Position numbers and translations under genes: made by a program | IMG/VR virus record: IMGVR_UViG_3300021475_000014 | Span: 1-61,535 of that record | Source of the DNA: a virus | Lineage: Duplodnaviria > Caudoviricetes | DNA: 61,535 bases | Reading direction: 5' to 3' (one strand) | In this document: in pieces, positions 25,998 through 35,789 of the stretch | Numbering within the stretch: the first letter of the stretch is position 1 | Layout of the letters: each line of letters begins with the position of its first letter | The notes under the pieces: generated by a model | Told to the model about the DNA's origin: nothing | What the model saw: the letters and a program-made list of their open reading frames with translations, nothing else | The model's database searches: none

Positions 25998-26863
25998 GGG
26001 GCCGGCCGCACGATAGCGCTCGGGTTGCAGCTACCCACAGCCCACGGCCGTGGCGCCGTGGTGGTGCGCACCTTCGCGCACGTGTCCGGCGACCACACCT
26101 GCGACGGCGAGGTCAACCCGGCAGGGTTCACCAGGCCCACCCACATGTCCACCTCGGGGATGCCCGTCAGCCCGGCGAACTTCCCGGAGCCGGCAGAGAA
26201 GCTCACCTGCACCCCGGCCCGGTTGATCTGCGTGATGTTGCGCGGCAGCCGGCACGACTTGTCACCGATGCATTGCTTGATCACTTCGCACAGATACTGG
26301 CCGGCCGCATAGGCGCCGCCCTCCGGCACCGGCACGCCACGCCGGTAACGCACCGCGAACGAACCCGACTCGTTGATGCCGGCGTCCAAGTGTTGGCAGC
26401 GCGGCCAACACTCCTCGCCGCCGGTACGCAGCAGGTAGCGGTGATCGTCCACCCGGTAGGTGGCCGGATCGATGACTTCACCGTCGATGAGGATCTCGCA
26501 GACGTCATACACCGGGCCGGGCAGACACAACTCACACACCGGCCCACACGAGCACGAGTTGCGGTTGTTGCAGCCACACGAGTTGAACCAGGTGCCCTGA
26601 ATCAACGTCGGCGACGGCTCCGGCATCGTCGTGCAACCACGGTTACACGGACGCACCAGCTTCTCGCACAACCCGAACCGTCGACCTGTCGCCGCCCACA
26701 GAATCTCCGCCACCCACGTCTTGGACAGTGTCACTATCGCGTCCGGCACCGTCTCCAGATCCAAATCCTGGCAACAGCCCATATCGAACGGCCAGTCGCA
26801 GGGACCACCGGAACGCTGCGCCGGCAACGGATCGGTGATCAGGTCAGGTGAGGCCATCACCAA
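25994..26863 (-). CDS. head-to-tail adaptor
   Basis: ILWAATGRRFG.C...VRPC, YRVDD..YL.R..G.CWP.CQ, CRLP..I..I.R.GV, TGIPEVD.W. Confidence 0.7.
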   Translation of the reverse strand: MVMASPDLITDPLPAQRSGGPCDWPFDMGCCQDLDLETVPDAIVTLSKTWVAEILWAATGRRFGLCEKLVRPCNRGCTTMPEPSPTLIQGTWFNSCGCNNRNSCSCGPVCELCLPGPVYDVCEILIDGEVIDPATYRVDDHRYLLRTGGEECWPRCQHLDAGINESGSFAVRYRRGVPVPEGGAYAAGQYLCEVIKQCIGDKSCRLPRNITQINRAGVQVSFSAGSGKFAGLTGIPEVDMWVGLVNPAGLTSPSQVWSPDTCAKVRTTTAPRPWAVGSCNPSAIVRPAP

Positions 26864-26890
26864 TCACCCCCTCCGGGTCAGTGTGACAGG

Positions 26891-26930
26891 TCGGCGGGTG
26901 CCTCTCGGAGAGGTGAGAGACACCCGCCGA
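26891..26930. terminator. intergenic stem-loop after major tail gene
   Basis: tcggcgggtg...cacccgccga inverted repeat. Confidence 0.5.
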
Positions 26931-26940
26931 CACACATGCG

Positions 26941-27903
26941 CTACGGCGTGATGGTGAACGTCAGCGTCGTTACCGCGTCGGTGTTGTTGGCGTCGGCCAC
27001 CGTGATGCTCTGCGCGCCGGTGGTTCCCGCCGCGTACACGTGGCTCGCCGTACCCTGCTCGGTCGGCGTGGTGACCACCGCCGAACCGTCGCCCCAATCG
27101 ATGGTGACCGGGCCGTTCGGCTGGTTGTTGTAAGTCACGATCGCCGTGTGGCCCGTGGAATCCGCCGGGTCAGCAGCGACACTGGCCACCGGCGGGGTCG
27201 GGGTGACCACGCAATTGGCGCCACAGAACGCGGTCGGAGGCGGCAGCGTCGTGGTGTCGATGTGCTCCAGGTCGCCTTCACCGAACGGGGTCTGCAACGG
27301 TGCTGTCGAGCCGGCCGTCTCACCCTCGTACACGTCGTACGGGCCAACACCCCAACCGCCGCCGTCGATGCCCTTCGCCGTCACCTGGAACGTGACCGCG
27401 CCGTTTTCGATGGTGTACGAACCGAGCACGCCGTTGACCACCCACGGAATGACGATGTAGCCGTACTTCGCCTTCCCGCCGCCGGTGGTGCAACGGTTCG
27501 CCGCCGCCGAACCGGTCCAGATTTCCAGCGCCACACCTTCCTCACAGGACACGCTTTTGCGTACCCGGAAGCCGGTGGCGTTGCCGGCCGGATCCCGAAC
27601 CACCGGGACACCCGTCCACATGGAAAACAGATCCGGGTCCATCCGACAGAACGTTGCCGTCAGGTTGATCCAGCGGATCTTCGGGCAGGCCGGAACGTCG
27701 ATACACGAATCGCCGTTCCAGTTGTCCTGCGTGATGTCGGTACCGGCATCGATCTCCGGCTCGATCTGCATCGAGATCACACCGTCGGAAACAACGTACT
27801 GGGGCGTGACCCCGTCGTCGCACATCACGGGATTGCCGCAACCGTCCACTCGCGTGATTCGGGCGACCTTGCCCCGCATGAGCGCTGAACACTCGGTGGG
27901 CAT
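26941..27903 (-). CDS. major tail protein with C-terminal PKD/Ig-like domain
   Basis: RGK.ARITRVD.CG, FC..DPDL, ALEIWT, YGY...PW, IENG..TF, WG.GPYDV; C-terminal IDWGDG...SHVY. Confidence 0.75.
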   Translation of the reverse strand: MPTECSALMRGKVARITRVDGCGNPVMCDDGVTPQYVVSDGVISMQIEPEIDAGTDITQDNWNGDSCIDVPACPKIRWINLTATFCRMDPDLFSMWTGVPVVRDPAGNATGFRVRKSVSCEEGVALEIWTGSAAANRCTTGGGKAKYGYIVIPWVVNGVLGSYTIENGAVTFQVTAKGIDGGGWGVGPYDVYEGETAGSTAPLQTPFGEGDLEHIDTTTLPPPTAFCGANCVVTPTPPVASVAADPADSTGHTAIVTYNNQPNGPVTIDWGDGSAVVTTPTEQGTASHVYAAGTTGAQSITVADANNTDAVTTLTFTITP

Positions 27904-28095
27904 TGGATTCCTCGCAAAAAGGAGAGTCCTGAGCCCGGCCCGCAGCCAGCAGCAGTTGCACGGCCAGATTACCGCAGCAAGTACCTGAATAGGTGAGGGG
28001 AAAGTCCGTTATGCTGGCGAGCGAACTCGACGCTGGCTGCGGGCCGGTCGAAACGAGCACCGAATCGTTTCTTCCCGCGCTTCTCGGAGCATCCA
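27904..28095. promoter_or_regulatory. divergent promoter region between major tail and major capsid
   Basis: genes diverge; motif AGGTGAGGGGAAAGT 27991-28005 followed by TATGCT at 28010. Confidence 0.6.
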
Positions 28096-30153
28096 GTGGC
28101 TAAGTTCAAGATTCCGCAGACTCTCGACGGGCTGACCCGCGAGCAGTTGGTCGAGCTGGAAACGCAGGCAGTTGCCGCGTTCGATGAGCAGCGCGACGAC
28201 CCGAAGCTCAACGCCGACGGCATGGCGAACCTGCGTGCCCTCGCCACCTTCATCACCACCAACCGGGACGCCCAGGCGGCCCTGGACGCGGCCGAGTCCG
28301 CCGCCGCCGCCGAACTGGAGGCGATGGTCAACTCGGTGCACGTGCCGGAGGCCAACGACGACCCGGCGGATGAAGTCGACCACCCGGAAGACGGTGACGA
28401 CGAGCAGGGCGACGAGGGCCAGGGCGACGAGGACGACGACGAGCAGGACAACCCGCAGGTCCCGGACCCGAATGAGGCTCCGGCCGCGCCGGCAGCTCCA
28501 GCAGCTCCGGCCGCTCCCGCCGCGCCCGCAGCTCCGCCGGCACCAGCCCGCACCGCGCGTGTCGCACAGCCGGTCGCCGCATCCGGATCCACCAGCAACG
28601 CGGTCGCGACACGCCCCAACGTGTCCCTGACCCGGGCAGCAGCCGGCCGCACCAAGACGCCCGACCTGACCGGGGCCGGCAACCGGGCGGTCATCACCGC
28701 CGCAGCGGACCTGCCCAACTACGCCAACGGGCACCGTTTCAAGGATCTGAAAGAGGTAGGGGAGGCGCTGCGTACGCGGCTGACCGGCTTCCCCAACCAG
28801 GAGAAGATCCCGATGTCTTCGCGCACCAAGATGTTCCTGCGCCAAGGCGTCGCGTCCATCACGCTGCCGCAGCCCAACGGCCTGGTCGCCGACGGACGCA
28901 ACGACACCGAGATCATCGAAGCGGCCTGCGACCAGACCCGTCTGGCCGGCAAGTCACTGACGGCCGCCGGTGGCTGGTGTCCGCCGCCGGTACAGCTCTG
29001 GGACCTGTGTCCGTCGCTGATCAGCGTGGAAGGCACCCTGGACCTGCCCTCGTTCGGGTTCACCCGGACCGGCGTCACCTACCCGCTGATCCCGGACCTG
29101 ATCCCGGACATCGACGACATCGGCTTCCACTACACAGAGCAGGACTCGATCGACGGCACGCCGAAGACGTGCTACCGGATGCCGTGTACCACGTGGGAAA
29201 CCGCGCAGATGACGTGTGACGGCATCTGCATCAAGGGCGACATCATCAACGACTCGTCGTGGCCGGAGTACTACGACCGGCTGCTCGGCGACGTGCTGAA
29301 GCTGCACCAGTTGAAGCTGGCCCGGCAGAAGATGGCCGGTGTCATCGCCGCATCCATCCCGGTCAACGTGGGCGCCGGCTCCGACATCGCCGCCGACAAC
29401 ACCATGTCCGGCCTGTACTCGATGATCAGCCTCGCCGCATCGGACTACCGGCGCCGCACCCTCGCCTCGTCCAACCAGACGCTGGAAGTGCTACTGCCGT
29501 CCTGGCTGCCCGACGTGGCCAACGCCGACGCCCTGCGGCGCGGCGCTTGCTGCGTCCCGGTCGCCAACACCCGCGCCGGCATCGCCTCCCAGCTTGCCGC
29601 GCAGAACGTGCGGGTGCAGTGGATTACCGGCTGGCAAGACTACTTCGGCTCCGGCAACGGCATGGGCGGACCGGACCCGGCACTCCAGTGGCCCAACCAG
29701 GTGCAGTTCATCCTCTACGCACCGGGCGCGTTCGCCTTCGGCACCCGCAACATCATCCGGCTCGACGCGGTCTACGACTCGACGCTGTTGGAGCAGAACG
29801 AGTACATCCGGCTGTTCAGCGAGGAATGCTCGCTGTTCCTGCACCGCTGCTACCCGTCCTACATCTACACGATGGGTCTGTGCCCGTCCGGCGCCACCTC
29901 GGCCCCGGTCGAATACGCCTGCTCCACCACGGGTGGTGGCGGCGGGGGCAGCAACCCGGCCACCGGCGGCTCTGCCGGCACCCCGGGCAGCTTCACGCCG
30001 GGCGGTTCCACCGCGCCAGCCAACCTCGCCGCGATGAGCACCGTCACGGCGTCGCCGACCACCGCGTGGACCACCGGGCAGTACGTGGTGCTGGGCGACA
30101 ACTCCCACGCCCACTGGACCGGCACCGCATGGGCGACCGGGAACGCGCCGTAA
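28096..30153 (+). CDS. major capsid (hexamer-type) protein with N-terminal scaffold-like region
   Basis: GGAG RBS; acidic/PAA linker; SLTAAGGWC.P...DLP...R.G..YP; I.LDAVYDSTLL..N.Y..LFSEE. Confidence 0.8.
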   Translation: MAKFKIPQTLDGLTREQLVELETQAVAAFDEQRDDPKLNADGMANLRALATFITTNRDAQAALDAAESAAAAELEAMVNSVHVPEANDDPADEVDHPEDGDDEQGDEGQGDEDDDEQDNPQVPDPNEAPAAPAAPAAPAAPAAPAAPPAPARTARVAQPVAASGSTSNAVATRPNVSLTRAAAGRTKTPDLTGAGNRAVITAAADLPNYANGHRFKDLKEVGEALRTRLTGFPNQEKIPMSSRTKMFLRQGVASITLPQPNGLVADGRNDTEIIEAACDQTRLAGKSLTAAGGWCPPPVQLWDLCPSLISVEGTLDLPSFGFTRTGVTYPLIPDLIPDIDDIGFHYTEQDSIDGTPKTCYRMPCTTWETAQMTCDGICIKGDIINDSSWPEYYDRLLGDVLKLHQLKLARQKMAGVIAASIPVNVGAGSDIAADNTMSGLYSMISLAASDYRRRTLASSNQTLEVLLPSWLPDVANADALRRGACCVPVANTRAGIASQLAAQNVRVQWITGWQDYFGSGNGMGGPDPALQWPNQVQFILYAPGAFAFGTRNIIRLDAVYDSTLLEQNEYIRLFSEECSLFLHRCYPSYIYTMGLCPSGATSAPVEYACSTTGGGGGGSNPATGGSAGTPGSFTPGGSTAPANLAAMSTVTASPTTAWTTGQYVVLGDNSHAHWTGTAWATGNAP

Positions 30154-30197
30154 GCCAACCCCTAGTCGGCGCAGCACCCACCGTCTAAGGACACCGA

Positions 30198-31112
30198 ATG
30201 CCACTGCCCGTACTCACCACACCAGCGATTGAGGTTGCCGCCCCGACACGGCAACCCCTTCGCGGTGGCCTGCGAGACGCCATCGGTCCCGAGGCGGTCC
30301 ACGACGTGGGCCGCCTCGGCGGCCAGGGTGCCGGCGTCATGTACCTGTCGGACACCTGCAACAGCGCTGTCGGTGCGTTCCCAGCCCCCTGCACCCAAAT
30401 CACGCCGCCGGTCATCGCGGCCGTCGACTGCGCCAACACCGACGACTTGCAGAACGCGGTTGCCATCGATCCGTTCCTGGACGGCAGCATCTTCGATGAA
30501 CAGATCACCTGCACCTGCGCCCAGCGCATCTCCTACGGCGCCCCGTTCACGCTGTGGGCAGCCGCCTGCGTGAACCCCCTCGAAGAACTCGATACCATCA
30601 CCGCCCGCGCCCGCAACACCCTCAACGCGGGCGCCTGGCGCGGCGTGGAACGCATCTTCGCCGCCATCCTCCCGGCCGCCGCCACCGACATCACCCCGGC
30701 CGCCTGTCAGTGCGGCATCGTCGCCGCAGTGTCCGCACTGGAAGGCCAGATGGCCTCCTGCTACGACGGGCAGGGCATCATCCACGCACCGGCATGGGCG
30801 GCACCGTACCTCGCCCAGTACATGCAGTTCTCCAACGACGCCGGGTTCCCACTGCACACCCGGCTCGGGACCCGGTTCGCCCTCGGCGGCGGCTACACCG
30901 GCAACGGCCCCAACGAGGTCGCCACCGACTGCACGTTCTGGATGTACATCACCCCACAGGTGGACGTGTACCGGGGCAACATCACCGTGCCGTCCATCCA
31001 GAAGACGGAACACAACACCACCAAGGCTGTCGCCCAGCAGCCCTACGCCATCACCGTCGACTGCGGCGGCATCTATGGCGCCCGGGTCAACATTGACCCG
31101 GCCTGCGTGTAG
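30198..31112 (+). CDS. capsid pentamer-type (second capsid) protein
   Basis: follows capsid; PFTLWA..C, VE..F, G.IHAP, T.LGT.F..GGGY, N.....A.Q.Y....DC. Confidence 0.65.
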   Translation: MPLPVLTTPAIEVAAPTRQPLRGGLRDAIGPEAVHDVGRLGGQGAGVMYLSDTCNSAVGAFPAPCTQITPPVIAAVDCANTDDLQNAVAIDPFLDGSIFDEQITCTCAQRISYGAPFTLWAAACVNPLEELDTITARARNTLNAGAWRGVERIFAAILPAAATDITPAACQCGIVAAVSALEGQMASCYDGQGIIHAPAWAAPYLAQYMQFSNDAGFPLHTRLGTRFALGGGYTGNGPNEVATDCTFWMYITPQVDVYRGNITVPSIQKTEHNTTKAVAQQPYAITVDCGGIYGARVNIDPACV

Positions 31113-31123
31113 GGAGCACAGCC

Positions 31124-32149
31124 GTGGCATCGGTAGCAACGCTCACCTACTCCTCCAACCATCCCGTCACCATCAACTGGGGCGACGGGACGACAGAGAC
31201 GTACCCGGCGTCGCCACCGCCAGCCACCCAGACCGTGCACCACACCTTCAGTTCATCCGGCCCGTGGACAGTGGTCCTCACCGACACCGTCAACGGCATG
31301 GCCACCACCACACAGCTCACCTGCTCCACCTGCGACGTCACCGGCGCCGAACTGTCCACTACGGACGCCACCGCCGGCACCTGGACGATCGGACCAATCG
31401 TCAACGGCACCGGCGGCGACGTCTCCGTCGACTGGGGTGACGGCACCGCCGCCAGCACCGTCACCTCCGGCGCAACCGGCACCCACACCTACGCGCCCGG
31501 AGTGGGTTCCGGCCCGTTCACCGTCACCGTCACCGACCCGGCCGTACCGGGCTGCACCGCCAGCGTCAGCGGCGGCAACGACCCGCACACCCCCGACGGT
31601 CCAGGCGTCATCGTCACCCCGACCTTGACGCTGACCTGCGTCGGCGGCGACGCCCAGCTTTCCGACGTGGTCACCCTCACCATCGCCGGGCCGGGCACTG
31701 CCTACACCGTCGACTGGGGCGACGGCACCGCCACCGAGACACACCCGTCCGGCAGCTTCACCCACACCTACGCCCGCCCGCCCGGCCTGCTGCGCACCGT
31801 TACCGTCACCGAGGCCACCACCACATGGGTGGGCACGGTCACCAGCCAGTGCGAGATCGCGCCGATCGTCACCAGCCTGGTCTGCAACTTCGTCGCCAAC
31901 TGCGACAAGCTGCCCGCCGACAACTTCACCACCGCCGTGGCCAACCCGATGGACCTGCACTGGGTAGGCACCGCCACCACCGCCACCTACACCGTCGACT
32001 GGGGCGACGGCACCGCACCGGCCACCGTCACAGCGGGCAACGCCACCACCCACACCTACGCCGCGCCGGGCACCTACAACGTCATCTGGACGGTGGTCGG
32101 AAACGCGAGCTGCATTGACAACCGTCAGTTCACCTTCCCGGTGGCGTGA
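31124..32149 (+). CDS. virion protein with four PKD/Ig-like repeats
   Basis: four WGDG motifs each followed by H-T-[YF]. Confidence 0.75.
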   Translation: MASVATLTYSSNHPVTINWGDGTTETYPASPPPATQTVHHTFSSSGPWTVVLTDTVNGMATTTQLTCSTCDVTGAELSTTDATAGTWTIGPIVNGTGGDVSVDWGDGTAASTVTSGATGTHTYAPGVGSGPFTVTVTDPAVPGCTASVSGGNDPHTPDGPGVIVTPTLTLTCVGGDAQLSDVVTLTIAGPGTAYTVDWGDGTATETHPSGSFTHTYARPPGLLRTVTVTEATTTWVGTVTSQCEIAPIVTSLVCNFVANCDKLPADNFTTAVANPMDLHWVGTATTATYTVDWGDGTAPATVTAGNATTHTYAAPGTYNVIWTVVGNASCIDNRQFTFPVA

Positions 32150-32652
32150 TGGCGAACTTGGCAACGCTCTCGTTCCAGGCATCACACCCGGTCCGTATCG
32201 ACTGGGGCGACGGCACGATCGTTGTCGCCACCAGCTCGCCCGCCACACACCTCTACGCCGGCCCCGGCGCGAAGGCGATCACCCTCACCGACACGGTCAA
32301 CGGCCTGTCCGGCGAAGGCGCGGTCTCCTGCGACGGGATCAACGACACCACATGTGATTTCGCCCCGCTGTGCGTGAAGATCACCACCGTCTCACCATGG
32401 CAGCGCACCACCGGCGGAGACGGCAACCGGAACACAATCACCTTCGGCCCGGTACAGCCGGTCCAAGACTTCACCCTCGACTGGGGCGACGGCAGCGCAG
32501 TCGTCACGCTGCCGGCCGGCGGCACTCTCACCCATGCTTACACCGGCGGCACCATCGGCGCCTTCGCGCCGTTCTGGAACATCCTGACCTACGTTCCCGG
32601 CCACCCCGAATGCGCTGAAATCTGGTCCGTGCAGCGGGTGACCTCACCATGA
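32146..32652 (+). CDS. virion protein with two PKD-like domains
   Basis: IDWGDG, LDWGDG; N-terminus paralogous to preceding gene. Confidence 0.7.
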   Translation: MMANLATLSFQASHPVRIDWGDGTIVVATSSPATHLYAGPGAKAITLTDTVNGLSGEGAVSCDGINDTTCDFAPLCVKITTVSPWQRTTGGDGNRNTITFGPVQPVQDFTLDWGDGSAVVTLPAGGTLTHAYTGGTIGAFAPFWNILTYVPGHPECAEIWSVQRVTSP

Positions 32653-32936
32653 GCGCGTTCAAAGTTGTCGTCCACTACACCTGCACCGACCAGGTGATCA
32701 TCGCGTGGGGCGCACCCGATTTCAGCACCAGCCAACACGTGTCTTCCCCGGCGACCCACCTGTACGCCACCGGCGGCACACACAACATCACCGTTGGGAA
32801 CCAGCGCACCGGCGAACTGTTCAGCGGCACCGTAACCTGCCCCGTCGCCATGAGCTGGGACGAGGTTGCGGCCCTCTACGCGAGCTGGGATGCCCTCTCC
32901 GCAGCGAACCCGAGCTGGGATGAGGTGCCCTACTAA
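32649..32936 (+). CDS. small PKD-like virion protein with Trp-repeat C-terminus
   Basis: IAWG...SSPATHLYA; SWDEV..LYASWD.L...PSWDEV. Confidence 0.65.
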   Translation: MSAFKVVVHYTCTDQVIIAWGAPDFSTSQHVSSPATHLYATGGTHNITVGNQRTGELFSGTVTCPVAMSWDEVAALYASWDALSAANPSWDEVPY

Positions 32937-33505
32937 TGGCCAACCCACCCGCCGGGTCCACCCCCACCTACCACCTGCGCTGGCCCGGCGGATCCGATCC
33001 TGCCGAAGGCCCCACCGGCTTCCAGAACCTGGCCAACGACACCGAGACAGCACTGGAAGCCACCCGGAATTTGCCCACCTACCCGTGGGTCACCCTGGCT
33101 CACATCCCCGGCACAGTGGGTGCCGGCGCCACCGTCAGGGCCGCCTGGACGCTCTCCGGCCAGTCCGCCGACAACATCCACAGTCTCGGCACCGGCGGAA
33201 CCAGTCTCGTCACCACCCGCCCCGGCGCCTACCTGCTCATGTTCAAATTCCGCACCGTCAATACCGGCACCATCGTCAACGGCGTCTACCTTCAGGCGTT
33301 CTGGGGGCAGAGCGTCGGCGGCCAGCTCGACTTTCTGGTGCCCATCTACGGCAGCAGCAACATCGACCTGTTCGGCCAGGGCGTGGTGCGGATCCTCGCG
33401 CCCGTCAGCGGCGTCGGCTTCACCTGCGACATCTTCAACCAGAGCAGCCAGGGACAGACGTTCGGCAACACCAGCTACGCCCACTTCTACCGGGTGGGTG
33501 ACTAA
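32936..33505 (+). CDS. minor tail/fibre protein, paralog 1
   Basis: MANPPAGSTPTYHLRWPGG N-terminus; TAATG coupling. Confidence 0.7.
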   Translation: MANPPAGSTPTYHLRWPGGSDPAEGPTGFQNLANDTETALEATRNLPTYPWVTLAHIPGTVGAGATVRAAWTLSGQSADNIHSLGTGGTSLVTTRPGAYLLMFKFRTVNTGTIVNGVYLQAFWGQSVGGQLDFLVPIYGSSNIDLFGQGVVRILAPVSGVGFTCDIFNQSSQGQTFGNTSYAHFYRVGD

Positions 33506-34071
33506 TGGCCAACCCACCCGCCGGGTCCACCCCCACCTACCACCTGCGCTGGCCCGGTGGCCCCAATCCGGCCGAAGGCCCGACCGGCTACCAGAACCTG
33601 GCCACCGACACCGAGACAGCCATGCTCGGCGCACTACCCCTGTCCAGCAGCGCGCCGTGGGTCATGATGACCGTCGCCGCCGGAACCCTCGCGGCGAGCG
33701 CGAACACGGCGGTTGCCTTCACCATCCGGGCACAGCACGCGGCCAACTGGTTCAGCATGGGCGGCACACAGAACCTGCTCACCACCCGACCCGGCGTCTA
33801 CAGCCTGGACAGCAACATCCGCACACTCGCCACAGGCACACCAGCCTCCGGCACGTGGCTTCAGGCGTACTGGTCCAGTACCGGCGCCGCAGTGCTGGAT
33901 ACCGTTGCTCCCCTGTGGGGCGCGGGCTGGCTCGACATCATCGGCAGCTTCTCATTCCACTACGCCGCACCCGTCTCCGGCAGTGGCCTGACGTGTGTCA
34001 TTCAAAACAGCTCGACCCAGAACCAGACCCTCAACGGCGGTTGGTTCTCCCTCACCTGGTTGGGGGACTGA
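33505..34071 (+). CDS. minor tail/fibre protein, paralog 2
   Basis: same N-terminus; 33501-33557 identical to 32932-32988. Confidence 0.7.
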   Translation: MANPPAGSTPTYHLRWPGGPNPAEGPTGYQNLATDTETAMLGALPLSSSAPWVMMTVAAGTLAASANTAVAFTIRAQHAANWFSMGGTQNLLTTRPGVYSLDSNIRTLATGTPASGTWLQAYWSSTGAAVLDTVAPLWGAGWLDIIGSFSFHYAAPVSGSGLTCVIQNSSTQNQTLNGGWFSLTWLGD

Positions 34072-34646
34072 TGGCCAACCCACCGGCAGGATCCACGCCG
34101 ATCTATCACTTGCCGTGGCCCGGCGGTCCCAACCCGGCCGAAGGTCCGACCGGCTTCAGAAACCTGGCCCAGGCCATCGAGCCGGCGATCGGTCAGGTTC
34201 GCGGCGACCCGAACACGCCCTGGTGTTTCTGCCCCGTCACCTCGGCCGTCACCGTGGCCAACGGCGCGAACAGCGGTCCGATCCCCATCTCCATCGGCCA
34301 GCAGAGCACGCACGGCGTCTTCTTCGCCGGCACCGCAGGCAGCAATTCCGTCGCCACCAACCGCCCCGGCATGTACCGCTTCCAGATGGGCGTCCGGACC
34401 CGGCTTCTCACCGGCACCGCCAACGCGGGCGGCTGGAACACGCTGTCCCTCGGCATTAACGCTGCGCTGCTTCAGAATTGGGTGATGCGCGCCTCGGGCC
34501 TGCTGTGGTGCGACTTTTGGTTCTCCGGCCTGTTCCGCGTTAACGCCACTACCGACCGGATCACCATCACCTTCACCAATTCTTCCGGTGCCACCGGCTG
34601 GCAGGTTACCGGCGGCCAATTCTGGTGGAACTGGATCAACGCCTGA
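34071..34646 (+). CDS. minor tail/fibre protein, paralog 3
   Basis: MANPPAGSTPIYHLPWPGG; TGATG coupling. Confidence 0.7.
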   Translation: MANPPAGSTPIYHLPWPGGPNPAEGPTGFRNLAQAIEPAIGQVRGDPNTPWCFCPVTSAVTVANGANSGPIPISIGQQSTHGVFFAGTAGSNSVATNRPGMYRFQMGVRTRLLTGTANAGGWNTLSLGINAALLQNWVMRASGLLWCDFWFSGLFRVNATTDRITITFTNSSGATGWQVTGGQFWWNWINA

Positions 34647-34647
34647 T

Positions 34648-35058
34648 ATGGCGACCCGGCTCGTCCTCTACGAGGGCGTCATCCAGACCTATATCACCGA
34701 GCAGGCACGCCAGCTCGTCACCACCACCGGCGAAGAAGTCATGGTGGCCGCGAAAGTCTTGGCGCCCAAGCGTTCCGGGCTGCTCGCCGCGTCCATCCAC
34801 ATGACACCGTTGAGCATCCGTGGGCTGCGGGTCAGTACCGAGGTGGGCTCCGACCAGTACTACGCGCTGATCGTCCACAACGGCAGCCGACCACACGAGA
34901 TTGACGCCGCGCCCGGCGAAGTGCTTTACCTCGGCCCGCTCGGCTTCGCCACCTACGTCCACCACCCCGGCACGCGCGGAACGCCGTATCTCACGGAGCC
35001 CCTACAGCGTGTAGGGCACCGACTCAACTTCATCGTGACGTCCGAACACGTCGGGTAA
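34648..35058 (+). CDS. HK97 gp10-like tail completion protein
   Basis: AP.RSG.LAASI...YA..VHNGSRPH.I...V.HPGT...PYL. Confidence 0.7.
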   Translation: MATRLVLYEGVIQTYITEQARQLVTTTGEEVMVAAKVLAPKRSGLLAASIHMTPLSIRGLRVSTEVGSDQYYALIVHNGSRPHEIDAAPGEVLYLGPLGFATYVHHPGTRGTPYLTEPLQRVGHRLNFIVTSEHVG

Positions 35059-35115
35059 CACTTTCTCCGCACCTTTCCGCCTAGGATCGGCACAGACGTG
35101 TGGAGAGGACATGCC

Positions 35116-35526
35116 GTGAAAGAATTCACCTCGTCAGTACAGGCGCGCACCAACGGGCAACCGCAGCTCCAGAACCTGCCGTTCACATTGGACGGTGTCA
35201 CATACGAGCTGCGGGCGCCCAAGCAAGCGCAGTTGGCGTTCCTGTTCGCCTCCGCTTCGCTGCACCGCAGCTCCTCTGACCGGGTCGCCGCGATGCTCGA
35301 CTTTCTCGAAGCCGCGCTGACACCGCCCGGCGATGAGGCGATCCGACTGCGGCTGTTGGACCCGGAAGACGCCCTGGACCTGGACGCGGTCATGGACATC
35401 ATGAACTGGGCCATGGAGGAATGGACGGGACGCCCCCCTACGTCTGCCAACGGCTCCTCGCGTCGGCCGTCAGTCGTTGGCCGGCGTACGAAGGCCATCT
35501 CCTCCGGCAAGGCGTCGACCCGCTGA
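35116..35526 (+). CDS. tail assembly chaperone
   Basis: before tape measure; F.LDG..Y....PK, RL.DP.D..D, W.GRP. Confidence 0.7.
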   Translation: MKEFTSSVQARTNGQPQLQNLPFTLDGVTYELRAPKQAQLAFLFASASLHRSSSDRVAAMLDFLEAALTPPGDEAIRLRLLDPEDALDLDAVMDIMNWAMEEWTGRPPTSANGSSRRPSVVGRRTKAISSGKASTR

Positions 35527-35750
35527 CGCTGATCCTGCCGCAGATGCTCTCCACCATCTATGCCTGGATGACGGAGGGCGCCACGGCGGAGTCTCTCCAG
35601 AAATTCGACCAGGCACTGTACGAGCCCGATGTGGACGCTGAACTCGGCGCCAACGCTCCCGGATGGAGCGACGAAGAGACGTTCGAATCGTTCGAATCCT
35701 TCACCGCCACCATGGGCAGTTCCCGTTCGGTCCTCGGCGCGGTCAACTAG
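35421..35750 (+). CDS. tail assembly chaperone, -1 frame extension
   Basis: overlapping -1 ORF; C CCC CCT at 35433-35439. Confidence 0.55.
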   Translation: MDGTPPYVCQRLLASAVSRWPAYEGHLLRQGVDPLTLILPQMLSTIYAWMTEGATAESLQKFDQALYEPDVDAELGANAPGWSDEETFESFESFTATMGSSRSVLGAVN

Positions 35751-35789
35751 TCACTTTCCCCGCACCTTTCTTCGCCTACGATCAAAGCC

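Noticed and set aside
28480-28550. Short tandem repeat (gcagctccg-like)
   Set aside because: Simply encodes the PAA linker in the capsid scaffold region.
32932-34646. Diversity-generating retroelement or invertible tail-fibre cassette
   Set aside because: No reverse transcriptase or catalytic invertase; the repeats are direct, N-terminal and lack adenine-specific variation.
35681-35700. gttcgaatcgttcgaatcc resembling a tRNA T-loop
   Set aside because: No flanking stems; it encodes FESFES in the chaperone extension.
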